From: an uncultured Pseudomonadota bacterium
Lineage (GTDB): Bacteria; Pseudomonadota; Alphaproteobacteria; RF32; CAG-239
NCBI GenBank assembly: GCA_947054505.1
Contig: CAMRWU010000002.1
Coordinates: 70,214-134,213, forward strand
Length of the DNA: 64,000 nucleotides
Direction of reading: 5' to 3'
Both the position numbers and the translations under genes were made by a program. The notes under the pieces are model-generated. The model was given only the letters and a program-made list of their open reading frames with translations, did not search any database and had not been told where the DNA came from. The number at the start of each line of letters is the position of its first letter. Position 1 is the first letter of the stretch. This document shows, in pieces, positions 19,522-30,325 of the stretch.

Positions 19522-20665
19522 TCACCGCCTCCTTTTTCTTTTCTCCGGAATAAGAATAATGATTGCCGTTCCGTTTCCGGTTAAAAGGATAGCGGCGTTT
19601 GTGTTTCTTGGAATATGATTTTTTCTTAGCGTGCATCATATCCAACAAAATTCCCTCGCGAATACCCCTGTCGGCCACGGTCACTTCTGAAATCGGCCAA
19701 AAAGACGTCAACCCGTCAATAATCGCACAACCGGCCATCGTCAAATCAGCCTTTTGCGCACCGATACAAGGATGTTTTTTGCGTCCATCATCACCCAAGC
19801 GCTTAATCTTGGCAATCGTCCGTTCAATCTCCTGCTTTGACATGGCAATACCGTCAACTGCCGAACGATTATAACGAGGAAGATTAAGGTGCACAGCCCC
19901 CAAAACCGTCACTGTTCCGGAAGTGCCGATAACCTGAATTTCCTGATTGGCAATAGCGTCACGAATATGGTGTTTATCTTCAAACTCGGATAAAATCTTA
20001 TGTGTTCGCTCCACAATCGTATTATAAGCCAGATTTGTCATATCTTGCGATGGAAAAGCTTCGGAAATCGTTACCACACCATACGGCAGAGAAACAAAAC
20101 CCTCAATAAACATATTACCGTTATCAGTGGTTCGGGCCAGAGAAATCTCCGTCGAACCACCACCGATATCAAACACCAATGCCCGTTTAATATTCCGGCT
20201 TAACAATGGCAAACACCCAACCACCGCCAAACGAGATTCCTCTTTTGAGGAAATGGTTTCAATCACCAAACCGGTTTCCCGTTTAACAATTTCCAAAAAC
20301 TGCGGGCAATTCACCGCTCGTCGACAAGCTGCCGTCGCCACAAAACGCGAACGACATATCGGCGCATATTCAGCCAAAACACCGGCACAAACCTTCAAAG
20401 CATTAACTGTTCGCCTGATAGCATTTCGAGACAACTCGTTGTTATTGATAATCCCCTCGCCCAAACGTGTAATCTTAGAAAATGTTTCCACAATACGAAA
20501 AGACGTCGGGGTCGGAGTTGCAATCACCAACCGGCAGGAATTGGTTCCCAAATCTATTGCGGCGTAGTTAGAACCCGCAGAACCAAGACTTCCCCCTGCT
20601 TGAATAGCCTTAACCGGTGGCTTGATATTTGTTTTTTTTCGCCACTTTTGCATTATTTTTTTCAA
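19514..20665 (-). CDS. ppx: Ppx/GppA family exopolyphosphatase/guanosine pentaphosphate phosphohydrolase, paralog 1
   Basis: AAIDLGTNSCRLVIA and DIGGGSTEI motifs. 383 aa. Confidence 0.7.
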   Translation of the reverse strand: MKKIMQKWRKKTNIKPPVKAIQAGGSLGSAGSNYAAIDLGTNSCRLVIATPTPTSFRIVETFSKITRLGEGIINNNELSRNAIRRTVNALKVCAGVLAEYAPICRSRFVATAACRRAVNCPQFLEIVKRETGLVIETISSKEESRLAVVGCLPLLSRNIKRALVFDIGGGSTEISLARTTDNGNMFIEGFVSLPYGVVTISEAFPSQDMTNLAYNTIVERTHKILSEFEDKHHIRDAIANQEIQVIGTSGTVTVLGAVHLNLPRYNRSAVDGIAMSKQEIERTIAKIKRLGDDGRKKHPCIGAQKADLTMAGCAIIDGLTSFWPISEVTVADRGIREGILLDMMHAKKKSYSKKHKRRYPFNRKRNGNHYSYSGEKKKEAVNE

Positions 20666-20784
20666 TCAAAACGTATAATATAAATTTACTTGAGGACAAT
20701 ATAACCTATAAATCTGTGTCATACAATCTTTTTTATGTGCACCCACAAAAAAAATCAGAAGTCATCCTCTGCCCCCTTGACTAC

Positions 20785-20818
20785 AAAAAATGCCGTTTCA
20801 AGAAAGAAACGGCATTTT
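20785..20818. terminator. Rho-independent, bidirectional terminator downstream of the CcrM-like gene
   Basis: aaaaaaTGCCGTTTCaagaaaGAAACGGCAtttt. Confidence 0.6.
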
Positions 20819-20830
20819 GCTCTAATTCCC

Positions 20831-21952
<1,122 letters not shown>

Positions 21953-22032
21953 TTAAATTTCAACAGCACCAGTATGAACGTAATTTAGTTAATAATTATT
22001 AAAAGGTCGGCAAAAAAATTTTCGCCCCACTC

Positions 22033-22665
22033 TCAGCCGGCATCCGCCAATAAAAACTCCTTTATCGGACGATATGATTTGCGATGTTCGGCAATCACAC
22101 CATATTTTTTCAGTCCGTCAATATGAAGTTTAGTCCCATAACCAGCATTTTTTTCAAACCCATAATAAGGATATTGTTGCGCCAAATCTGCCATTAACCG
22201 ATCCCGATAAACCTTCGCCACAATTGACGCCGCCGCAACAGAATAGGACTTCCCGTCCCCTTTAACAACCGTTTGGCACGCACAGGGAAAATCCTTAGGC
22301 GTTCGATTACCGTCAACCAAAGCCGCTAATGGTTTTTCAGCCAAAGCCTCATACGCCCGCCGCATAGCCATAAATGTTGCTTGCAAAATATTATAGCGGT
22401 CAATTTCCTCTACACTGGCTTGACCGATACCGATGCAAAGCTTCCCCTGCTCTTGAGCCTCAAACAAACGCTCATACAAAGCTTCTCTTTTAGCGGCCGT
22501 CAGTTTTTTTGAGTCATTAAGACCGGCAAGCAAAAAATCATCCAGATTTTGATCTTTGATCACCACCGCTCCGGCCACCACCGGACCGGCCCAAGGCCCT
22601 CTTCCGGCTTCATCAATTCCTGCCACCGGAAATGAATATGTCTTTTCCAATTCAAAATCAGGCAT
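22033..22665 (-). CDS. rnhB: Ribonuclease HII
   Basis: GIDEAGRGPWAGPVVAGAVV metal-binding motif. 210 aa. Confidence 0.85.
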   Translation of the reverse strand: MPDFELEKTYSFPVAGIDEAGRGPWAGPVVAGAVVIKDQNLDDFLLAGLNDSKKLTAAKREALYERLFEAQEQGKLCIGIGQASVEEIDRYNILQATFMAMRRAYEALAEKPLAALVDGNRTPKDFPCACQTVVKGDGKSYSVAAASIVAKVYRDRLMADLAQQYPYYGFEKNAGYGTKLHIDGLKKYGVIAEHRKSYRPIKEFLLADAG

Positions 22666-22669
22666 TTTT

Positions 22670-23698
22670 TTAATCCTTATTCACACTGAGTATGATATTC
22701 CCACCAACAATTCGGCAATATCCGCCAATCGGCAATGTTGCCATCGGTGTCGTGTGCCCAAAATCAACATTGGCAATAACCGGAAGCCCCTTCAATTGCG
22801 GAATGGAGTGAACAATATACTCCAGTTTTTCACGCGTAATACCGGAAGCCTTTTGAAAACGCCCGATGACCACTGCCTTCACATTGGCAAAATCCGCTTG
22901 ATAGGCCATCGCTTGCAACTCGCGAAGAAAAGCGGCATCATCCCCGCCGGAAGTATAACAATCTTCAACAAACAAAATCGTATCCCTATCAAACACCGGA
23001 CGATAAACAGAACCGTTTAACAACGTTAATGTTCCGAGATTTCCGCCAACAACAACACCTTCAGCATCACCACTCTGAATGTTCCAATACCCTTCATTAG
23101 CCTCAAACGTACGATTTTGCTGATCAATAAACCACAAATCATCGCTCCACTCAGCAGAAGGCGTCAGCTGATATTGGCCTCCCTCCAACAACATATCTTT
23201 CATACATTTCCACGTATAATCAAAGCCTTTCAACATTCCGAAAGAACTGTAATGCGGTCCGCTGAATGTCACCAAACCGCTACGGGCATAAATACCGTTC
23301 AATAAAGCCGTTATATCCGAAAAACCGCAAAAGATTTTCGGATTTTTCCGGATGATATCATAATCCAAAAACGGCAGAAGTTGATTGGAATTAAAACCAC
23401 CGATAATTGTAAAAATTGCTTTAACATTGGAATCCTCAAACGCATCCATAATATCTGCCGCCCGCTGTTCTATAGCCGATGTTCCCATCAAATCCCAGTT
23501 ATCATCCGTGGTATAACGCCCCAAAGAAACCTTAAGCCCCATTTGGGCAAAACGTTGAGCTGCCAACTCTCTGCTGTCGACACCAATAATCTTAATCCCT
23601 CTTGACGGCGCAACAATTCTGATTTCATCTCCGGCCGATAATAATGGCGGTACAATTTTCTGCATATCCAACCTCCTTTTTTGCAATGCCTGCATCAT
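22670..23698 (-). CDS. ldcA: LD-carboxypeptidase (peptidase S66; LdcA/MccF family)
   Basis: IRIVAPSRG N-terminal motif and a Ser/His/Glu triad region. 342 aa. Confidence 0.7.
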   Translation of the reverse strand: MMQALQKRRLDMQKIVPPLLSAGDEIRIVAPSRGIKIIGVDSRELAAQRFAQMGLKVSLGRYTTDDNWDLMGTSAIEQRAADIMDAFEDSNVKAIFTIIGGFNSNQLLPFLDYDIIRKNPKIFCGFSDITALLNGIYARSGLVTFSGPHYSSFGMLKGFDYTWKCMKDMLLEGGQYQLTPSAEWSDDLWFIDQQNRTFEANEGYWNIQSGDAEGVVVGGNLGTLTLLNGSVYRPVFDRDTILFVEDCYTSGGDDAAFLRELQAMAYQADFANVKAVVIGRFQKASGITREKLEYIVHSIPQLKGLPVIANVDFGHTTPMATLPIGGYCRIVGGNIILSVNKD

Positions 23699-23830
23699 AA
23701 CCCGCCTTTTACGTTTTTTCTAGCATTATATCCATTTTATAACGAAAATTTAATCATTAAAAATCTATAAGAGGCATAGAAAATTAACATAAAAAAACTA
23801 TATCAGATTTGAAAGAATAAGGATTACCTC

Positions 23831-25102
23831 ATGAATATTGACATTTATTTTGCTATCGCGGGCTTTTTATTATTGCTGTGCGTTTTTGCCAATAAAGTGT
23901 CCGACCGTTTCGGTATTCCGTCCCTGCTGTTATTTTTGGGACTGGGAATGCTGACCGGCGTTGACGGCATCGGCAAAATAAATTTTCAAGATTCACGTCT
24001 GACCAATTATGTCGGCACTCTTGCATTAATTTTCATTCTTTTCAATGGCGGATTAATAACCAAATGGAACAATGTCCGTCCCATCTTAATCCGCGGCAGT
24101 ATCTTGGCAACCGTCGGTGTTTTTCTGACGGCATTATTCTTGTTCATCGGCGCATACTACATTATCCAACTTCCGTTTGAAATCGCTCTTTTACTGAGTG
24201 TCATCGTTTCATCAACCGATGCTCCCGCCGTTTTTTCCGCCCTTCGTTCTTCTGGCATCTGTATAAGCACCAAAGACAAATCTCTTATCGAATTTGAATC
24301 CGCCAGTAATGACCCCATGGCCGTATTTTTAACGATGGCGGCTCTTGCCGCAATCACCGAACCGCAAATATCCGGTAGCTTCTTTATCGGATTTTTCCTC
24401 CGCCAAATGTTTATTGGCATCATTTTGGGAATTGCCTTGGGACGCTTGGCGGCTTATACTTTGCAAAAAGCCAGAATCCCGTATCCGGGGCTATATCCCG
24501 TTTACGGTATCAGCATCGCCTTTCTGATTTACAGTCTGACACAATTATCCGGCGGTAGCGGTATTATGGCTGTTTATATTGGCGGAATAGTTGTCGGCAA
24601 CAACGCCTTTCTGTACCGCAGACATTTAATGCGCTTTAACGATTCTCTGGCTTGGATTATGCAAATCTGTATGTTCCTGATGTTAGGCCTGCTCGTCAAT
24701 CCTCATGAACTGACATCCGTCATGCCGGCCGGTTTTGCTTGTTCACTATTTTTGATGATTGTCGCCAGACCCGCCGCCGTTTTCACTTGCCTATTCCGAA
24801 GCGAATACACAATAAAAGATCAATTGATTATCAGTTGCGCCGGCCTCAAAGGGGCTGTTCCGGTCATCTTGGCAACCTACCCGTTGATGCGAGGTGTTGA
24901 TAATGCCGTATACATCTTCAACCTGATTTTCTTTTTAGTCATCATATCTGTTTTATTCCAAGGCAAAACCCTGCCTCTGTTGGTTAATTATCTGGAGAAA
25001 AAGAACCCGACACTGGAAGAAACCCCACCGCCTCAACCGGAACAACCGGAGAAAAAAAGCTGGTTTTCACTCAACATCTTCAAAAAATCAGCTGATAACT
25101 AA
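23831..25102 (+). CDS. Monovalent cation:proton antiporter (CPA1, NhaP-type)
   Basis: 423 aa with about 11-12 TM. Na+/H+ exchanger-like N-terminal half. Confidence 0.6.
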   Translation: MNIDIYFAIAGFLLLLCVFANKVSDRFGIPSLLLFLGLGMLTGVDGIGKINFQDSRLTNYVGTLALIFILFNGGLITKWNNVRPILIRGSILATVGVFLTALFLFIGAYYIIQLPFEIALLLSVIVSSTDAPAVFSALRSSGICISTKDKSLIEFESASNDPMAVFLTMAALAAITEPQISGSFFIGFFLRQMFIGIILGIALGRLAAYTLQKARIPYPGLYPVYGISIAFLIYSLTQLSGGSGIMAVYIGGIVVGNNAFLYRRHLMRFNDSLAWIMQICMFLMLGLLVNPHELTSVMPAGFACSLFLMIVARPAAVFTCLFRSEYTIKDQLIISCAGLKGAVPVILATYPLMRGVDNAVYIFNLIFFLVIISVLFQGKTLPLLVNYLEKKNPTLEETPPPQPEQPEKKSWFSLNIFKKSADN

Positions 25103-26613
25103 TCCAGAATTATTCTGCTCAGATTAAAACTGCGTTGTTCTTGCCGTTGAACACAAAACGCCAGCAAATTTTCCCCCTTAACACGCAGGGGAATAATCTG
25201 CCGTCGCGACAAACTACCGTCGACTTTCTTATAGGTAATATCAATTTTACGGCGGTCTTGTACGGCTTGATTAATAAAAGCCAGCTTTTCTTCCATCGAC
25301 CAATTTTGCTTTGGAGCATATTCCCGCATAAACGTCAATACACGCGCATCCGTCAACACGTGGCGCAAAGAAAGCGGTTTGACCAAACGCAACCCGTCAA
25401 ATGAAGAGCAACGACTGAGAGCGACATACAATTGTCCGGTAGCAAAAGTCCCGTTTCCGATATCGATATCAACTTTTCTAAACGTTTTTCCCTGACTTTT
25501 ATGAATTGTCACCGCCCACGCCGGACGAAAAGGAAACTGCGTGAACGAACCGGCCACCTCGGCAACCAATTCCTTGTCTTGCAATGTATATTTATAAATC
25601 TCCCACGTATAAGAAAAAACATCAACCAACTTTTGTTCTTCATGCAAACGAACACGAAGATAGCGGAGTTCTCCATCTCGCAAACAAATATTTTCAATAT
25701 GACCGATACTGCCGTTAACCCAACGATTTTTGCTGTCATTATTCAAAAACATAATCTGCGCGCCGAGTTTAAACTCCAAAACTTCGGAGGTCGGATAATA
25801 ATCCGCACCGAAATTGCCGTCAACAACTGCTTGTGAAGAATAAAGCTGACCGTCCAAAGCCTCCATCCGCTTACGATTAATCTCATCGGCAAGCTGATTA
25901 ACCGTCGTCAGACTGATGCGAAAATCATCTTTATCTGCCACAACTTCCGTTCCGATAACACGACTGTTCAACAATTTGATATCCTCACCGGTAACCGTAT
26001 TGGAACGAATACGATTCAGCAACCCGATAAAACGCTCATCCTTTTGCCGATAAATTTTATTGAGTTCAACCACTTTCAAGGAAATCGCACGAAACACATC
26101 CGCACTAAAAAAATAAGGAGTACTGTATTTTTGCCTGAAAAAAGGTTCTTCATGACGAGACAAAACCGGAGGCAACTGATATAAATCCCCCACAAAAACC
26201 ATCTGCACTCCACCGAAAGGCACATCTTCCCGAGGTCCGTAAAGTTGCAAAAAGGCATCAATACAATCCAAAATATCGGCTCGCAACATAGAAACTTCAT
26301 CAATAATCAGCGTTTCCAGTTTTTTATAAATACGTTTTGCCCGCGGAACAAAATCCTTTGAAGTAATTTTTTCCACACTAATATTGACCGGAAAACCAAA
26401 AAAACGATGAACTGTCTGCCCGTGAACATTCAAAGCTGCAACACCGGTCGGCGCCAAAACCACAATATTTTTCGCACTCTTCCGCCGACAATAATCCAAC
26501 CATGTCGACTTGCCGGCACCGGCTTTGCCGGTCACGAATAAATGCGTCTTTTCATTTTCCAATAAATCAAAAGCCTGTTGAAATTCAGGCGATATATCAA
26601 GTAATGTATCCAT
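25099..26613 (-). CDS. Pif1/RecD-family AAA helicase with a C-terminal WYL-like domain
   Basis: Walker A GKAGAGKST, DEVSM, VGDLYQLPPV, and TIHKSQG helicase motifs. C-terminal IDITYKKVDGSLSRRQIIPLRV...SFNLSRI is WYL-like. Confidence 0.65.
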   Translation of the reverse strand: MDTLLDISPEFQQAFDLLENEKTHLFVTGKAGAGKSTWLDYCRRKSAKNIVVLAPTGVAALNVHGQTVHRFFGFPVNISVEKITSKDFVPRAKRIYKKLETLIIDEVSMLRADILDCIDAFLQLYGPREDVPFGGVQMVFVGDLYQLPPVLSRHEEPFFRQKYSTPYFFSADVFRAISLKVVELNKIYRQKDERFIGLLNRIRSNTVTGEDIKLLNSRVIGTEVVADKDDFRISLTTVNQLADEINRKRMEALDGQLYSSQAVVDGNFGADYYPTSEVLEFKLGAQIMFLNNDSKNRWVNGSIGHIENICLRDGELRYLRVRLHEEQKLVDVFSYTWEIYKYTLQDKELVAEVAGSFTQFPFRPAWAVTIHKSQGKTFRKVDIDIGNGTFATGQLYVALSRCSSFDGLRLVKPLSLRHVLTDARVLTFMREYAPKQNWSMEEKLAFINQAVQDRRKIDITYKKVDGSLSRRQIIPLRVKGENLLAFCVQRQEQRSFNLSRIILD

Positions 26614-26684
26614 CGTTTTCCGATTGCTAAAAGTTATTTTTATGATAACATACTTCGTATGATGAACAAGAGGATTTTAGAACA

Positions 26685-26888
26685 ATGCTGGAAATTGAGG
26701 ACAGATTAATACAAATTGAAACGATTTTGGCCGAACAGGAACGAATTTTAGAAGATCTTAATCAAATCATCATCGAACAAGGCAAAAACATCGACCGTCT
26801 TGCCGCTCAAAACCAATACCTGTTAAGCCTGACAAAAGAAGATACTGTCAAACCTCTGAGCGAAGAAACACCACCACCGCACTATTAA
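26685..26888 (+). CDS. slyX: SlyX family coiled-coil protein
   Basis: 67 aa. MLEIEDRLIQIETILAEQERILEDLN... Confidence 0.55.
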   Translation: MLEIEDRLIQIETILAEQERILEDLNQIIIEQGKNIDRLAAQNQYLLSLTKEDTVKPLSEETPPPHY

Positions 26889-26951
26889 TATTCATTCGCA
26901 CCACTTGTCAAATATCAAACATTAATTATATCTGTTTTGAGAGGTGTCAAA

Positions 26952-27599
26952 ATGGATATGAACGCACTATATAAATTGACGCACGGACTTTACGTTCTCG
27001 GCGCGTCAGATAACGGAAAAATGGTCGGTAGCATCGTTGATGCCGTTATGCAAGTGGCCAACAAACCGATGGCAATCGCTTTGTCTTGCACAAACACCAG
27101 TTATACAAAGGAATGCATTGATCGCACCGGCGAATTTTCCCTATCCGTCTTATGCAAAGATATTCCTCCCTTTATTGTGGCTAACTTTGGTTACCAAAGT
27201 AGTCGGACGACAGACAAATGGTCCGCCGTCAAACATTATATCAACAACGGCTTACCCTATCTTCAAGACAATCTGGCTGTCTTTCGTTGCAAGGTTTTGC
27301 ATAGCTATAAGCTTGAAAGCAACACCCTTTTTGTTGCGGAAGTAACTGATGCCGTTGATAACAAAAGCGGAGAACCTCTGACATATTTGGACTACCGGTC
27401 ATATTTCAGACAAGAAGTAATGACAAGTTTTCAAAATTTTCAAAAGGAGAATAAAACAATGGCTGAAGAAAGCGGAAAAAAATGGGTCTGCACCGTATGC
27501 GGTTATGTATATGACGGTGATATCCCCTTTGAAGACCTGCCTGATGACTACGTTTGCCCTCTGTGCGGCGTCGGCAAAGATTTGTTCGAACTGCAATAA
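26952..27599 (+). CDS. Flavin reductase-like domain fused to a C-terminal rubredoxin
   Basis: C-terminal [12 protein letters not shown]...[14 protein letters not shown] rubredoxin with two CxxCG knuckles. N-terminal flavin-reductase-like (FMN-binding split barrel) region. GAGGTG RBS before the ATG at 26952. Confidence 0.75.
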   Translation: MDMNALYKLTHGLYVLGASDNGKMVGSIVDAVMQVANKPMAIALSCTNTSYTKECIDRTGEFSLSVLCKDIPPFIVANFGYQSSRTTDKWSAVKHYINNGLPYLQDNLAVFRCKVLHSYKLESNTLFVAEVTDAVDNKSGEPLTYLDYRSYFRQEVMTSFQNFQKENKTMAEESGKKWVCTVCGYVYDGDIPFEDLPDDYVCPLCGVGKDLFELQ

Positions 27600-27616
27600 A
27601 CAATCCCACAAAAATC

Positions 27617-27660
27617 AAGCAGGACAGAAAGTTTTTACACTTTCTGCCCTGCTGTTTTTT
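27617..27660. terminator. Bidirectional rho-independent terminator between convergent genes
   Basis: GCAGGACAGAAAGTttttaCACTTTCTGCCCTGCtgtttttt. Confidence 0.6.
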
Positions 27661-28498
27661 ACGGCATAATCTGAGCCACTGTTTTTTCCCTGCCTTTAGG
27701 AGCGTTCATCCTAAAAAAAGTGTTGATTGTGATGCTGTCATACCGAAGTCGATAAAAACCGTCCACCTCAATAAGATTCCGCTTGGCATCAAGTTCGTAG
27801 TAATTTCCCAAATTTTTCGTTTGGTAGAACTTGGCCGGCGTCAACGCCAGAACATTCTCGGAAGTGAGAATTCCCATATAAACGGCCCCTTGAACCCAAC
27901 GCACTTTCAAAAGTCCCTTGGCAAGTTTTCGACCTGACCTGCGAAAACCGGTCATACAGTTGACAACATCCTGAGCATCATCACCGACATTAATGGCTTG
28001 TAAAACACTGGATGGATTACCCACCACTCGTCCGTCGAGACTGCAACCGGAGAAATTTTCGCCTCCGACATTATAGATGAAAAGAAGGGTTCCGAGAATC
28101 TCCCGATCTTCCATCTTACGCGTCGTATACATCAAGAAAGGAGCCACACGATTGCAAACATGATAACGGCAATACTCCTTGGCTTCAATCAAAGAGCAAC
28201 AGTCCCCTTTTTTGACGCGCCGTCCGTCCGGATAAACAGTCACACCATAAGCAAGCGTCCAACGAGCACCGCAGTGATAGGCTTCTTCACCCTTGCTGTC
28301 TTCGCAGAAGGCAATAAGAGGAAAAAGCTCGTCAAAGAGCTCGCAGGCACGATTAACATTGTAAGTAGCAACATCTTCGGGCGTATTGTCTTGACACTCC
28401 TCCTCGTTGGAAGGCGAACACTTCTTAGCACCCAATGCGGCAAAAAGAAGAACCACAACACCCCAGAAAAGCCTTTTGACATTCTTAACATTTTTCAT
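27659..28498 (-). CDS. Secreted cysteine-rich protein with a phage-type lysozyme (GH24)-like motif, tentative
   Basis: Signal peptide. E...G....Y......WTLAYGVT resembles the GH24 E-x8-D/C...TIGYG core. Many Cys. 279 aa. Confidence 0.4.
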   Translation of the reverse strand: MKNVKNVKRLFWGVVVLLFAALGAKKCSPSNEEECQDNTPEDVATYNVNRACELFDELFPLIAFCEDSKGEEAYHCGARWTLAYGVTVYPDGRRVKKGDCCSLIEAKEYCRYHVCNRVAPFLMYTTRKMEDREILGTLLFIYNVGGENFSGCSLDGRVVGNPSSVLQAINVGDDAQDVVNCMTGFRRSGRKLAKGLLKVRWVQGAVYMGILTSENVLALTPAKFYQTKNLGNYYELDAKRNLIEVDGFYRLRYDSITINTFFRMNAPKGREKTVAQIMP

Positions 28499-28759
28499 GG
28501 TTAAAAAGCATTTTTAGAGAGATTTGACTTAATGAAAATGATAAAGCACATCCATCTCATCCCAAGTTTCTCAAACGTTAAACGCCAAAAACCAACGAAT
28601 GTCATCCATAGTAGTAAACCAGAATAATAAATGTGCATAAAAAAAATATACCATATTGTTCCCTATTCGTCAACAACCGGATTTTGTCAAACTTTTACAA
28701 GCAAATAAAAAAAGCCCCACCCGAAAGAGTGGAGCTTTGAAAAGAGAGACCGGAGAGCA

Positions 28760-29263
28760 TCACTGGCGATACTTTATCTCACCGGCAGGCAGATTTCGGT
28801 AGGAATTCGGCTTGACTTTGGTACCGTTGTACTTGGGATTGCCGAAGAAAACAAACTCATGGAACTTGCCTGATTTTGTTTGACCTTGGAGCCACACAGT
28901 ACATTCAGCGTCGGAGATGACGCGGAAACGACCGGCCGAGTTTTTCCAGAGACCGAACTCTGCGGGGATCGTATACACGAAAGTGTCACCGTTGGCGTAG
29001 CTGTAGACGACTTCGATGGGCTTGGCGTAGGGAGCTTTCTGGTCGTAGTTGACGGCGACAGAAGTAGCCGGTGCGTCAAGCGGGGCGTTGAAGTAAGCGT
29101 ACTTGCGAGCGGTGCTGAGATCTACGGTTGAGGACTGATGCTGAGGCTGATAGACTTCCTGTTTGGGAGTTTCGGGCACGACATTGGTTTCAACCGCTTC
29201 TTGTTTCTTACTGCAGGATGCGAGCATGCTCACAACTGCAAACATAGCAATGATTCTTTTCAT
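28760..29263 (-). CDS. Lipoprotein of unknown function
   Basis: Signal peptide plus lipobox MLASC. 167 aa. Confidence 0.55.
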   Translation of the reverse strand: MKRIIAMFAVVSMLASCSKKQEAVETNVVPETPKQEVYQPQHQSSTVDLSTARKYAYFNAPLDAPATSVAVNYDQKAPYAKPIEVVYSYANGDTFVYTIPAEFGLWKNSAGRFRVISDAECTVWLQGQTKSGKFHEFVFFGNPKYNGTKVKPNSYRNLPAGEIKYRQ

Positions 29264-29439
29264 GATACAAAATTTAAAATTATAGAAATAAAAGTAGTGG
29301 TAATGAACAGCATATTAACGCAACAATTTTTTTTGTCAATAATTTTCTATATCAAAGAAATTATTTTACAAACAACGGATTGAAAAGACTAAATTAATAA
29401 CAATATTAGCAATATCGTCCACCTTGTTGAAGAAAAAAC

Positions 29440-30168
29440 ATGCAAAACACCACATCCTTAAAAGAAATATTCATCAGAGAGTTTAACCTTTGTTTTTTTA
29501 TCAGCCTCATGCTCCTATCTCTACACCCCGAAACAAACCAATATCAATATTGGTTTTTATACGCTATTCAACCGACATTAAACGGAGCTCTGACCACCGT
29601 TATTATCCTTGCGCTGAATTATTATTTCGGCAAAAAAACATCCTTCAGACATTATAACACTGCGGATATCGGCAAACTGGTTGTTGTAGCGTTCTCGGCC
29701 GGATTTCTGTCATTATACGTCACTTTAATAAACATCGGAACATATGTTATCAGCATATTCATTATTTATATCGCGATTATAAACATTCACAGATTCGCCG
29801 ACAAAATATCACAATTATTAAAACCCAACACAATGGCCACACCAAACGATTTGGGGGAATTTGCCGCCTTTTTCATTAACTTGGTCATTACATTCACAAT
29901 CATAAACCTGTGCGCCAATACCATCCATAACGATTTCAACCTTGAATCGGCTTTCAACTTTGGTCATGGATTGATTGCCATTATCGATGCAGTCTATTTT
30001 AGCATTATTACCATGACAACCGTCGGTTACGGTCAAATTGTCCCGCATACGGCCATCGCTCGTATTATTGTCAGCGTCGAATGCCTGACCAGTTATCTGA
30101 TGTTGGGAATGATGATCGGCATCATCAACCGCGGCATCAACTTCCCCTCTTCCCACCCCAATAAATAA
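29440..30168 (+). CDS. Potassium channel (pore-forming subunit)
   Basis: Selectivity filter TMTTVGYGQIVP, with the pore helix flanked by TM helices. 242 aa. Confidence 0.7.
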   Translation: MQNTTSLKEIFIREFNLCFFISLMLLSLHPETNQYQYWFLYAIQPTLNGALTTVIILALNYYFGKKTSFRHYNTADIGKLVVVAFSAGFLSLYVTLINIGTYVISIFIIYIAIINIHRFADKISQLLKPNTMATPNDLGEFAAFFINLVITFTIINLCANTIHNDFNLESAFNFGHGLIAIIDAVYFSIITMTTVGYGQIVPHTAIARIIVSVECLTSYLMLGMMIGIINRGINFPSSHPNK

Positions 30169-30325
30169 AATTCCACTTCCCAATAACAAAAACACCCCAC
30201 ACCTGCAAGTTGTTATTTTATTAAAATTATCCTTGCTTTTTGCTTGCTGATATAATATTGTTGAACCTGTGTAAACAAAAAAACGACAAATAAAGCTCTT
30301 CTTACCAACTAACGGAAGCAAATCA

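Noticed and set aside
21989-22003. CtrA-box-like TTAA-N7-TAAA upstream of the CcrM-like gene
   Set aside because: Only one half-site is canonical and the second is TAAA. In AT-rich DNA such matches are expected by chance. Not reported as a feature.
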